A stretch of DNA of 64,000 nucleotides, taken from Clostridiaceae bacterium. Its GTDB lineage: Bacteria > Bacillota > Clostridia > DSM-8532. This document shows, in pieces, positions 34,545-43,444 of this stretch. The position numbers and the translations under genes are program-made. Every line of letters begins with the position of its first letter. Positions within the stretch are counted from its first letter, which is position 1. A model generated the notes under the pieces. That model saw only the letters and a program-made list of their open reading frames with translations. It had not been told where the DNA came from and did no database searches. Location of the stretch: contig DULR01000075.1 in assembly GCA_012840245.1 (NCBI GenBank), positions 18,701 to 82,700 on the forward strand, read 5' to 3'.

Positions 34545-34979
34545 ATGGCTAATCACGAATGCGTCAGATGTCACAGATTTTTCGAGCGAGTTGCGTTTGA
34601 AGAGGTTTGTCCGGTATGCTTCCCCATTGAAGAGGAAGAGTTCAGAAAGATCAAGGAATATCTTACCGCACATCCCGGGGCAAGCTCCAATGAAGTAATG
34701 AGTGTTGTCGGCGTTAGTTTGAAATCTATAAGACGTTATCTTAAAGAGGAAAGACTGGAAATAGTCGGAGATAATAAAGGGTTCATTCGTTGTGAATTAT
34801 GCGGCCGCCCGTTGAACAGCGGGCGTTTCTGTGACGGATGCTATAAAGAAGGACAAGCATTGAGGGCAAAAGGACTGAGCGCTCCATACAGCGGTTCCTT
34901 CGGCAAGTATGGCGAAGAAACCTATGAAAAAAGCAAAAAGGGATTGCTGTTCCGCGAAAGCAATAATAAAAAACCATGA
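34545..34979 (+). CDS. Second YvyF-like flagellar operon protein (paralog of 8379-8822)
   Basis: Same layout as the first copy: CVRC...CPVC, then EEEFRKIKEYLTAHPGASSNEVMSVVGVSLKSIRRYLKEERLEIV, then CELC...GRFCDGC. Confidence 0.8.
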   Translation: MANHECVRCHRFFERVAFEEVCPVCFPIEEEEFRKIKEYLTAHPGASSNEVMSVVGVSLKSIRRYLKEERLEIVGDNKGFIRCELCGRPLNSGRFCDGCYKEGQALRAKGLSAPYSGSFGKYGEETYEKSKKGLLFRESNNKKP

Positions 34980-34985
34980 GATCGA

Positions 34986-35029
34986 TCGGGAGCACATTGA
35001 AACATTTTCCAAAGTGCTCCCGACTTTTT
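34986..35029 (+). terminator. Intrinsic terminator closing the flaG-fliD-fliS operon
   Basis: 10-bp stem TCGGGAGCAC/GTGCTCCCGA followed by CTTTTT. Confidence 0.75.
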
Positions 35030-35157
35030 ATTGCAATATTATGGCATAATATCAGTAGGTTTTATGATTGCCAAACTTGCGGGACCATTGACCGGAGACT
35101 ATAATATATAGCAAAGTCATTTTAGGATATCAGCAAAATGTAAAAGGCGGTCATTCT

Positions 35158-36192
35158 ATGGAGACCATTACGATAAATGGCACTAATGACGAATGTTTCA
35201 GTTCTGCGGCAAAGGCTTTGAGGGAAGGGCGGCTGGTTGCATTCCCGACTGAGACGGTTTACGGGCTGGGAGCGAACGCTCTTGATCCGCAGGCTGTCAG
35301 AAGGATCTTTGAGTCTAAAGGACGTCCGCTGGACAATCCGCTCATCGTTCATATCGCGAATATTTCTCAGTTGGAACCATTGGTAAAGGAAATTCCTGAT
35401 AGGGCAGAGGCCCTGATCAGGGCTTTCTGGCCCGGGCCACTGACTCTGGTGATGAAAAAATCGGAACTGGTGCCTGATGAGATAACTGCAGGACTGGATA
35501 CGGTCGCTGTCCGCATGCCCGACAATCCTGTCGCACTAAGGCTTATCGAAGAGGCTGGAGTTCCTGTGGCAGCACCCAGTGCCAATCTTTCCGGACGGCC
35601 AAGCCCGACCACATATCAACATGTTCTTGAAGATCTGAACGGACGCATAGAATACATTATAAACGGAGGTCCATGCAAAATCGGCGTAGAGTCAACGGTT
35701 CTGGACATTACATCAGAAACGCCCGTCATCTTAAGACCCGGCGGGGTAACTATGGAAATGTTGGAAACGGTCATCGGAAAAGTCGAAACCGATGCCGTAC
35801 TGAAGCCGGAAGACGGGAAAAAGCCGCGGTCTCCGGGAATGAAGTACCGTCATTATTCACCTAATGCTGAAATGTTTTTAGTTGAAGGGGAATCTGAAGA
35901 GGTCGTCAGAAAGATCAATCTCCTGACTTCTGAAAACAGTGCAAAAGGCCTCAGGACAGGAGTGTTGTCAAGCCTGGAGAATAAAGACAGATATACGGCC
36001 CAAGTCGTGGTGAATATCGGTTCGCTGTCCTGCCTTGAAGAGGTAGCGTCAAAACTCTATAATGCTTTAAGAAAATTTGACGAGGAGAAGGTAGACATAA
36101 TTTATTCAGAGTCATTTACGGAGAAAGGTATGGGCAGAGCTATCATGAATCGCCTGAGGAAGGCTGCTTCAGGGAAAATCAGCGTGCCGTGA
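35158..36192 (+). CDS. tsaC: L-threonylcarbamoyladenylate synthase (Sua5/YwlC type)
   Basis: VAFPTETVYGLGANA...KGRPLDNPLIVH...SANLSGRPSPT plus a Sua5 C-terminal domain. Confidence 0.92.
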   Translation: METITINGTNDECFSSAAKALREGRLVAFPTETVYGLGANALDPQAVRRIFESKGRPLDNPLIVHIANISQLEPLVKEIPDRAEALIRAFWPGPLTLVMKKSELVPDEITAGLDTVAVRMPDNPVALRLIEEAGVPVAAPSANLSGRPSPTTYQHVLEDLNGRIEYIINGGPCKIGVESTVLDITSETPVILRPGGVTMEMLETVIGKVETDAVLKPEDGKKPRSPGMKYRHYSPNAEMFLVEGESEEVVRKINLLTSENSAKGLRTGVLSSLENKDRYTAQVVVNIGSLSCLEEVASKLYNALRKFDEEKVDIIYSESFTEKGMGRAIMNRLRKAASGKISVP

Positions 36193-36199
36193 CCAAAAT

Positions 36200-36329
36200 G
36201 TCATTTAAGCTAAGTGAAGAATCGATAAAAGGACCATTTACGCTGCCCGGAAGACAAAGAAAATGCTACAGAAACTATACGCTGTCATTCTGACAAAACA
36301 ACATGCAGGGCATGTCGTTGGGAAGAATC
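36200..36329 (+). repeat. Two family A repeat units (variants)
   Basis: gtcatttaagctaagtgaagaatc (36200-36223) and gtcattctga...[hairpin acatgc/gcatgt]...gaagaatc (36284-36329). Confidence 0.6.
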
Positions 36330-36354
36330 TTAATACTGTTGAAGGAGATGAGCC

Positions 36355-36810
36355 ATGAAAAAGATTGTTTTCGTCTGCACCGGCAATACATGCAGAAGCC
36401 CCATGGCCGAAGCTTTGTTCAGGAGCATGCTTGAGGAAAAAGGGCTGGAGGATGAGATTTCAGTATCTTCAGCCGGTATTTATGCCTTTGAGGGAGATGA
36501 GGCAAGCTCCCATGCAATAGACGTTATGCAAAATGAGTATGGGATAGACCTGACCAGACACAGGGCCAGGGTATTATATGACGACGATATTAAGGAAGCA
36601 AACCTGATCCTTGTCATGACCAAACATCACAAGGAAATGATTGCCGACGTATATCCGGAAGCTGTTTCAAAAGTCCATTTGCTTAAGGAATATGTCGGTT
36701 TGGTGGATGACACTGATGTTTCGGACCCCTTCGGACAGGACTATGATACCTATAAAAGATGTGCCCGGGAGCTGGAGGATCTGCTGCTCGATGTCATAGA
36801 TAAAATCTGA
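36355..36810 (+). CDS. ywlE: Low-molecular-weight protein phosphatase (YwlE-like arginine/tyrosine phosphatase)
   Basis: VCTGNTCRSPMAE P-loop. 151 aa. ywlC-ywlE-ywlF synteny. Confidence 0.9.
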   Translation: MKKIVFVCTGNTCRSPMAEALFRSMLEEKGLEDEISVSSAGIYAFEGDEASSHAIDVMQNEYGIDLTRHRARVLYDDDIKEANLILVMTKHHKEMIADVYPEAVSKVHLLKEYVGLVDDTDVSDPFGQDYDTYKRCARELEDLLLDVIDKI

Positions 36811-36877
36811 GAACTATGAAAAACTTTTATATAGCCGGTTGTAAAACATATGAAAAGAAATATATAACATATTAACT

Positions 36878-36906
36878 TTGACATACCTCTTTGATTACTA
36901 TAGAAT
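36878..36906 (+). promoter_or_regulatory. Sigma-A type promoter upstream of rpiB
   Basis: TTGACA-N17-TAGAAT. Confidence 0.55.
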
Positions 36907-36932
36907 TTATGTAGAAAAAGGAGACGATAGAT

Positions 36933-37385
36933 TTGAAGATTGCATTAGGATGCGACCACGGTGGATTTGAGCTTAAAGAGAATATCAAGGCTTTTCTTTT
37001 GGAAAAAGGTTATGAGGTCGAGGATTTTGGAACATATGACACCAAGTCGGTGGATTATCCCACATATGCACTGAAGGCTGCTGAAGTAGTAAGCGAGGGC
37101 AGATGCGAAAAAGGGATACTTGTGTGTTCCACGGGTATAGGAATATCCATAGCGGCCAACAAGGTAAAAGGAATCAGGGCTGCACTATGCAGCGACCTTC
37201 TGTCTGCAAGGCTTACCAGAGAACACAACAATACCAATGTTCTGGCCCTGGGGGCATATATCGTTGGCAAACAGCTTGCCCTTGCCATTGTTGACACATG
37301 GCTCAGCACCCCGTTTTCAGGGGTGGACAGGCACCAAAGGCGCAATGATGCCATTACCGAGATCGAAAAGAAATATTTCAAATAG
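36933..37385 (+). CDS. rpiB: Ribose-5-phosphate isomerase B
   Basis: [15 protein letters not shown]...[20 protein letters not shown] start with AAGGAGA upstream. Confidence 0.92.
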   Translation: MKIALGCDHGGFELKENIKAFLLEKGYEVEDFGTYDTKSVDYPTYALKAAEVVSEGRCEKGILVCSTGIGISIAANKVKGIRAALCSDLLSARLTREHNNTNVLALGAYIVGKQLALAIVDTWLSTPFSGVDRHQRRNDAITEIEKKYFK

Positions 37386-37408
37386 ACAAAAGCTTTAGGA
37401 GGCTATAT

Positions 37409-38041
37409 ATGAATAATAATGTTTTTGTATTTGACCACCCCCTGATCCAGCACAAGGTCTCTCTTCTGCGTGACAAGAATACCAGCAGCAAGGAGTTCCG
37501 CGAATTGACTTCTGAAATATCCATGCTGATGGGTTACGAGGTCACGAGGGATATCCCCCTTAAGGAAGTTGAGATCGAAACCCCGGTCGGATTGGCAAAG
37601 ACCAAGGTCATATCGGGTAAAAAACTGGCCTTTGTTCCGATCCTGAGGGCCGGACTGGGTATGGTCGAAGGAATGCTTAAACTTGTTCCGATGGCAAGAG
37701 TAGGCCATATAGGCCTCTACCGCGATCATGAAACATTGGAACCGGTCGAGTATTACTGCAAACTTCCGCCCGATATAAGCGAGAGAGATGTGGTACTACT
37801 GGATCCGATGCTTGCAACAGCCGGTTCAGCATGTGACGCTGTTAAGTTCATAAAGCAGCACGGTGCGAAAAGCATAAAGTTCGTATGCCTCATAGCATCA
37901 AAACAAGGCATCGAGAGACTAAACCGAGAACATCACGATGTTGGCATTTATTGTGCAGCTGTGGATGAGAAGCTCAATGATATAGGATATATCGTACCCG
38001 GGCTTGGCGACGCGGGCGACAGGCTCTTCGGAACGAAATGA
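37409..38041 (+). CDS. upp: Uracil phosphoribosyltransferase
   Basis: [16 protein letters not shown]...[11 protein letters not shown]...[17 protein letters not shown]. Confidence 0.97.
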   Translation: MNNNVFVFDHPLIQHKVSLLRDKNTSSKEFRELTSEISMLMGYEVTRDIPLKEVEIETPVGLAKTKVISGKKLAFVPILRAGLGMVEGMLKLVPMARVGHIGLYRDHETLEPVEYYCKLPPDISERDVVLLDPMLATAGSACDAVKFIKQHGAKSIKFVCLIASKQGIERLNREHHDVGIYCAAVDEKLNDIGYIVPGLGDAGDRLFGTK

Positions 38042-38076
38042 TCTGAATTGAATAATTGGATTTGGGGGTCATGGAT

Positions 38077-38526
38077 ATGCGGCCGTCATGGGATGAATAT
38101 TTCATGAGTATTGTTGAATTGGTCAAATCACGCTCCACATGCATGAGAAGGCAGGTAGGAGCTCTTATTGTAAAAGATAAACGTATTTTGGCCACCGGAT
38201 ACAATGGTGCGCCTGTTGGGTGCAAGCATTGTGAGGAAATAGGTTGTTTGAGGGAAGAGCTGAAAATTCCTTCGGGGCAGCGTCATGAAATCTGCAGGGC
38301 TACCCATGCCGAACAGAATGCCATAGCCCAGGCTGCTTATTCGGGAACGAGCATTAAGGATGGCATCCTCTATGTAACAGCGCAGCCTTGTGTATTATGC
38401 GCCAAGCTGGCAATAAACGCCGGCATATCGAAAATAGTATTCAAGGGTGATTATCCCGACGAACTCGCAATGGAATTGCTTAAGGAAGCCGGAGTACGAG
38501 TATTGAGATATGAAAAGTCTGATTGA
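38077..38526 (+). CDS. comEB: dCMP deaminase / ComEB-family cytidine-deoxycytidylate deaminase
   Basis: HAEQNAI and PCVLCAKL zinc motifs. ATG 38077 has the best spacing from GGGGG. Confidence 0.88.
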   Translation: MRPSWDEYFMSIVELVKSRSTCMRRQVGALIVKDKRILATGYNGAPVGCKHCEEIGCLREELKIPSGQRHEICRATHAEQNAIAQAAYSGTSIKDGILYVTAQPCVLCAKLAINAGISKIVFKGDYPDELAMELLKEAGVRVLRYEKSD

Positions 38527-38564
38527 AGGCACGTACACCGCCCCCCTGACCAAGAGGTGTTTGT

Positions 38565-39800
38565 ATGATCATAATTGAGTTTCATCACATAGTAGCTTTT
38601 GCCGTAGCACTCATCGTATCTTTTTTTGCAACGCCTGTAGCAAGAAGAATTGCAGTCAGTGTCGGAGCCGTCAATATTCCGAAGGACAGCCGTCGTGTCC
38701 ATAAAAGTCCAATGCCTCTCCTGGGAGGATTAGCCATAATAATCGGCTTTGTTCTTGCAATCGTTTACAGTTTCGCTACCAAAAACGTAAAGGTTTTTCT
38801 CGGTTACCTCGCAAAGCCAAAGACGCTGGGACTTCTGCTGGGGGTCGTTATCATCATAGTACTTGGAATAGTTGATGACATAAAAGCACTGAGAGCACGG
38901 GTGAAATTTCCGATCCAGCTGCTGGCGGCCATCATCGTTGTCGCTACCGGCACAAGGATCATAGCCATCTCAAAACCTTTTCAGGCTTCCGTTGCCCTGC
39001 ACCCCAGCATGATGTACTTTCTGGGCGATATTCTGGCGTTCATCATATCTGTTTTCTGGATAGTCGGGATGACTAACGCCATCAACTTTATTGACGGCCT
39101 TGACGGTCTGGCGGCGGGTGTATCGGGGATCGCTGCCCTTACCCTGTATATCGTTGCTGTAATAAGAAGGCAGGATGATATAGCTATAATTGCAGTTTCC
39201 CTTGTTGGAGCCATATTCGGATTCCTCCCTTATAACTTCAATCCTGCCAAGATATTCATGGGAGATACAGGAGCTACCTTCTTAGGTTTTCTCCTTGCGA
39301 TAATTTCAATAGAAGGGACCATGAAATCAATAACGGCTATTGCTGTTGCAATACCCATTCTGGTTCTTGGCCTGCCGATATTTGATACTCTGTTTGCCAT
39401 AATCAGAAGGATCATGAATGGAAAACCTATAGCTCAGGCTGACAGGGGCCATCTGCATCACAGACTCCTGGATATGGGATTGAGCCATAGAATGTCAGTT
39501 ATTATACTATATGTAGTAAGCGGTGCTCTTGGACTCGTTTCGATCGCGCTGGTGGACAAAGGTCTGCTGCCGTCGATAATCCTGCTGATAATGCTTTTCA
39601 TATTCGGGCTCGGCGGAGCCAGAAACCTGAAGGAGATCAAAATGGTCCCCGAAGATAAAAGGATCTATCAGAAGGACGTAATCGAGGACGCAGGACTGGA
39701 AAGCGCACAGCTTGAAGCTGCCACCGGTGACAAGCTGCGCGACAGGGCGAACGGTCTGACAGAAGAAAAGACCGGAATCGAAGGGGAAGAGAGCCATTAA
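38565..39800 (+). CDS. tagO: Undecaprenyl-phosphate GlcNAc-1-phosphate transferase (TagO/WecA, MraY family)
   Basis: Polytopic membrane protein with NAINFIDGLDGLA and MGDTGATFLGF motifs. Confidence 0.9.
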   Translation: MIIIEFHHIVAFAVALIVSFFATPVARRIAVSVGAVNIPKDSRRVHKSPMPLLGGLAIIIGFVLAIVYSFATKNVKVFLGYLAKPKTLGLLLGVVIIIVLGIVDDIKALRARVKFPIQLLAAIIVVATGTRIIAISKPFQASVALHPSMMYFLGDILAFIISVFWIVGMTNAINFIDGLDGLAAGVSGIAALTLYIVAVIRRQDDIAIIAVSLVGAIFGFLPYNFNPAKIFMGDTGATFLGFLLAIISIEGTMKSITAIAVAIPILVLGLPIFDTLFAIIRRIMNGKPIAQADRGHLHHRLLDMGLSHRMSVIILYVVSGALGLVSIALVDKGLLPSIILLIMLFIFGLGGARNLKEIKMVPEDKRIYQKDVIEDAGLESAQLEAATGDKLRDRANGLTEEKTGIEGEESH

Positions 39801-39818
39801 TACACCAATTGGGGATAT

Positions 39819-40973
39819 GTGATGAAAAGGATCAAAATTATGACTGTGTTCGGCACAAGGCCGGAAGCGATAAAAATGGCTCCGTTGGTAAGGGAGCTTA
39901 AAACGCATGATTCGATAGACTGTACTGTTTGTGTCACGGCACAGCACAGGGAAATGCTGGATCAGGTCCTTGGGAACTTCGATATAGTGCCTGAGTATGA
40001 TCTTAATATAATGAAGGCCAGGCAGACTCTGACCGAGATCACTACCCGGGCAGCAGAAGGTCTTTATGGAGTTTTTACCGAGGCATCTCCCGATATGGTC
40101 CTGGTGCACGGAGACACAACCACGACCTTTGCGGCATCTCTGGCTGCGTTTTACGCAAAGATCCGGGTCGGCCATGTGGAAGCCGGGCTAAGGACATATG
40201 ACAAATATTCTCCTTATCCTGAGGAAATGAACAGAAAGCTCACGGGTGCGATAGCCGATCTGCATTTCGCGCCGACTGCTTCAAATAAGGAAAACCTTCT
40301 GAAAGAAAACGTTCCTGAGAAAAACATATATGTCACAGGCAATACTGTGATCGATGCGCTGTCAACAACAGTATCCCCGGGGTATGTATTCGAGGATCCT
40401 TTCCTGAATAAACTTGATTTCAGAGGAAAGAGAATCGTACTGGTTACAGCCCACAGACGGGAGAATCTTGGCAGGCCGCTGGAAAGTATCTGCACGGCCT
40501 TGCGCAGACTTGTCGATGATCTTCCCGATATTTCCCTGATTTATCCCGTCCATCTGAATCCTGTCGTCCGCGAGACAGCCGGCAGGATACTCGGGGGGCA
40601 TGAACGGATCCATCTTATAGAACCCCTGAATGTCCTGGATATGCATAACCTTATGGACAGATCCACTTTAGTCTTGACTGATTCAGGAGGACTCCAGGAG
40701 GAAGCGCCTTCTTTGGGCAAGCCTGTTCTTGTGCTCAGGAATGAGACCGAAAGACCTGAAGCCGTAAAAGCAGGAACTGTGAAGCTATTGGGAACTGATA
40801 CCGAGACTGTATATAAAGAGGCCAGATTGGTTTTGGAAGATACTGATGAATATCAAAGAATGGCAAAGGCAGTGAATCCCTATGGGGATGGCAAAGCATC
40901 AAAAAGGATCCGGGAAGCTCTCCTTTATTATTTCGGATTATCGGATGAAAGGCCCGAAGAATTCTCTGCCTGA
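39819..40973 (+). CDS. mnaA: UDP-N-acetylglucosamine 2-epimerase (non-hydrolysing)
   Basis: VFGTRPEAIKMAPL...HVEAGLRT...TDSGGLQEEAPSLGKPVLVLR. The start may be ATG 39822. Confidence 0.95.
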   Translation: MMKRIKIMTVFGTRPEAIKMAPLVRELKTHDSIDCTVCVTAQHREMLDQVLGNFDIVPEYDLNIMKARQTLTEITTRAAEGLYGVFTEASPDMVLVHGDTTTTFAASLAAFYAKIRVGHVEAGLRTYDKYSPYPEEMNRKLTGAIADLHFAPTASNKENLLKENVPEKNIYVTGNTVIDALSTTVSPGYVFEDPFLNKLDFRGKRIVLVTAHRRENLGRPLESICTALRRLVDDLPDISLIYPVHLNPVVRETAGRILGGHERIHLIEPLNVLDMHNLMDRSTLVLTDSGGLQEEAPSLGKPVLVLRNETERPEAVKAGTVKLLGTDTETVYKEARLVLEDTDEYQRMAKAVNPYGDGKASKRIREALLYYFGLSDERPEEFSA

Positions 40974-40997
40974 TATGCAGTACCTTACCGGAAAGGA

Positions 40998-41951
40998 ATG
41001 ACCATATGTATGGCCGATTTTCTGACCCATATCATTTTGGCCGACGAAGTCGTTAAAAGAATAGAAAGTCGCAGAATATACGAGGGCGTTAATAAAAAAC
41101 GCTCTCTTTATCATTTGGGTGCTCAGGGTCCGGACCCGCTGTTCTTCTATGATTGTTTCCCGGGAAGAGGGAAAGGGGCCCTGAAAGAGCTGGGAGACGT
41201 GATGCATGAGGAAAGGACCGGGGCTTTCCTTCTTAAGGGGTTCGGGAAGCTTCAGGATGTATCCTATGATAAAAGATGGATGAACATCGCAATATATATG
41301 TGCGGCTTTATTTGTCATTTTACCCTGGACAGGCTGCTTCATCCCTATGTATTCTGGGCTGCGGATCAATGGATATGGGGAGTTGACGGGACCCCAGTGA
41401 CCGTTACCCACATGCAGGTCGAAACAGCACTTGACGTTATATACTGGAGAGAAAAAAAAGGAAGGCATGCATATAAGGAAAAGACGAGCAGACTGGTATA
41501 TATAGGCAAACACTGGCCTGAAGGCGTGTCGGATTTTCTCATCGAAGCCTTCAGGGATATTTACGGTATGGAAGTGTCGGAAAAGGAGCTCAATAAAATA
41601 TTGAGGGACTTTTACAGGGGACATGACCTGCTGTATGATCCCAAAGGCTGGAAAAAAGCATTGGTCCACTGGCTTGAAAATCTTACGGGTGGAGGCATCA
41701 AACCTCCCAAGTATCCTTATCCTGTAGAACCTGACGATACTGTCGACTGGACCAACAAAAAAAAGCGGACATGGGTCAATCCCTTCGTAAAAGGAGATAC
41801 CTGGGAAAGTTCGGTCGCCGAGATACTGGAGGAAGCGGCCGATACAGCTGCTAACCACATAAATACAGTATTCAGGCGGATATTCTCAAATGAGGGTATC
41901 GACGACCTTTTCCCCAACTTAAGCTACACCACGGGTATCCAGTGCGAGTGA
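40998..41951 (+). CDS. Zinc-dependent phospholipase C-like family protein
   Basis: N-terminus FLTHIILADEV...LGAQGPDPLFF and histidine-rich motifs (HFTLDRLLHPYV). Recognition is moderate. Confidence 0.6.
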   Translation: MTICMADFLTHIILADEVVKRIESRRIYEGVNKKRSLYHLGAQGPDPLFFYDCFPGRGKGALKELGDVMHEERTGAFLLKGFGKLQDVSYDKRWMNIAIYMCGFICHFTLDRLLHPYVFWAADQWIWGVDGTPVTVTHMQVETALDVIYWREKKGRHAYKEKTSRLVYIGKHWPEGVSDFLIEAFRDIYGMEVSEKELNKILRDFYRGHDLLYDPKGWKKALVHWLENLTGGGIKPPKYPYPVEPDDTVDWTNKKKRTWVNPFVKGDTWESSVAEILEEAADTAANHINTVFRRIFSNEGIDDLFPNLSYTTGIQCE

Positions 41952-41977
41952 GTTTAGGGGACGGACACTTTGACTCA
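41949..41977 (+). repeat. Family B repeat overlapping the stop codon
   Basis: TGAGTTTAGGGGACGGACACTTTGACTCA. A near-identical copy at 56688-56716 also begins at or right after a TGA stop. Confidence 0.7.
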
Positions 41978-42056
41978 TTATGGGTGTCGGGATCATTCCA
42001 ATGCTCGTTCAGTTACAGGTCTGATCCCAGCGGAACTGCATGGCATTCTGACGAAA

Positions 42057-42316
42057 GGGACTGTCTCAAAAGTCTCTACTAGGACATGCTGTTCAGAGAT
42101 GAACTGCCTCCGCAGGAGCAGTTGAATGTTGTAATGCGAACAGTGCAGCTCGAACGAGGTAAAATCTGCCGGAAGCAGATTTTAGCCGGCACGCGCCCGG
42201 AAGGTGCGATTGCCAGCGACCTCGTGAGAGCAAACTTGAGCATTAACAACTTCCTGCGACGAGGACAGCAGGAAGATCTGAACAGCATGGCTATATTATT
42301 ATTTTGAGACAGCCCC
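42057..42316. other. 260-bp rod-forming element with terminal inverted repeats (MITE-like element or structured ncRNA candidate)
   Basis: TIRs GGGACTGTCTCAAAA (42057-42071) and TTTTGAGACAGCCCC (42302-42316). A perfect 13-bp closing stem pairs 42085-42097 with 42277-42289. Further stems lead to two apical hairpins, each with a CGGAA loop. Confidence 0.5.
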
Positions 42317-42395
42317 AAAGAACATACATCGTATGTTCTTCAGGAAGGATTTTTGCAAAATGAAATAAAATACAAAGAAAACAGGAGTGTAACTT

Positions 42396-43271
42396 ATGAA
42401 CGACTATATCGCAAAAGCCATGGCTCATAACGGACAAATACGTGTATTTGCAGCGGTAACGACCGAAACAGTGGAAAAGGCAAGAATACTCCATAATATG
42501 AACCCAACGCCGACCGTAGCCCTTGGAAGGGTCCTGACGGGAGCTGCTCTCATGAGCCAGACCCTTAAGGCCATAAATCAGACAATTACAATACAGATAA
42601 AGGGTGACGGTCCCATAGGGGGTATAGTGGCAGTTACCGACTACCAGGCAGGTGTACGGGGGTATGTGCACAACCCGAATTTTGACGTCCCTCTGAATGA
42701 CAAGGGTAAATTCGATATAAAAACCGCAGTTGGTTCAGGATATCTGAACGTCATAAAAGATCTGGGCCTGAAGGAGCCATATATAGGCAGTGTCGATCTG
42801 GTTTCGGGTGAGATAGCCGAGGATCTGACATATTATTATGCATTTTCGGAACAAACCCCGACTGCTATGAACCTGGGTGTCCTTATAGGTGCTGAAGGCA
42901 AGGTCCTTGCTGCCGGAGGCTTTTTCATACAGCTTATGCCCGATGCGGGAGAAGAGGCCATAGAAAAAGTCGAGAAGGGCATTTCCAGAATAGAATCGAT
43001 AACAGCTGTCATACATCAGGGAAAAACACCTGAGAACATCATAAGGTTACTATTCCCCGATGGTGACCTGGAAGTTTTCGACCCTGTTCCTGTAAGCTAC
43101 AAATGCTATTGCTCCAGGGAACGTATGCAAAGGAATCTGATGGCTCTCGGACGGAAGGATCTGGAAGAGATCGCCGGAGATGAAACAGGAGCGGAACTTG
43201 TATGCCACTTCTGCAATAAAAAATATCGCTTCACTCAGGATGAGATATCTGGGCTCCTGGAAAAGCAATAA
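42396..43271 (+). CDS. hslO: Redox-regulated chaperone Hsp33
   Basis: C-terminal zinc centre CYCSRER...CHFCNKKY. 291 aa. Confidence 0.95.
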   Translation: MNDYIAKAMAHNGQIRVFAAVTTETVEKARILHNMNPTPTVALGRVLTGAALMSQTLKAINQTITIQIKGDGPIGGIVAVTDYQAGVRGYVHNPNFDVPLNDKGKFDIKTAVGSGYLNVIKDLGLKEPYIGSVDLVSGEIAEDLTYYYAFSEQTPTAMNLGVLIGAEGKVLAAGGFFIQLMPDAGEEAIEKVEKGISRIESITAVIHQGKTPENIIRLLFPDGDLEVFDPVPVSYKCYCSRERMQRNLMALGRKDLEEIAGDETGAELVCHFCNKKYRFTQDEISGLLEKQ

Positions 43272-43444
43272 AAACACGATCAAATTAATATCCTTCGGGT
43301 GTTATTTTAAGATTTTGTGGCAAGAATACGTTTTGAGATTTGCATTGTATTCCCGTAAGTAAAAAAGATTCAGTGCATCAAATAATTACTGAAAAAAACG
43401 TGAATACTATGTGTGAAATCTTAATTGGGTTATGGAGGGAGACT

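Noticed and set aside
42085-42289. Calling the rod-like RNA candidate a 6S RNA or a TwoAYGGAY-motif RNA.
   Set aside because: Only the overall rod shape with an internal loop resembles 6S. The loops read CGGAA, not AYGGAY. Flanking terminal inverted repeats favour a mobile repeat. I cannot confirm without a covariance-model search, so no family name is assigned.
42079-42318. Mutually antisense ORFs of 73 and 79 codons covering the rod-like element.
   Set aside because: Neither has a usable Shine-Dalgarno sequence. The openness on both strands is what an extended imperfect palindrome produces. I treat the locus as a repeat or RNA element instead.
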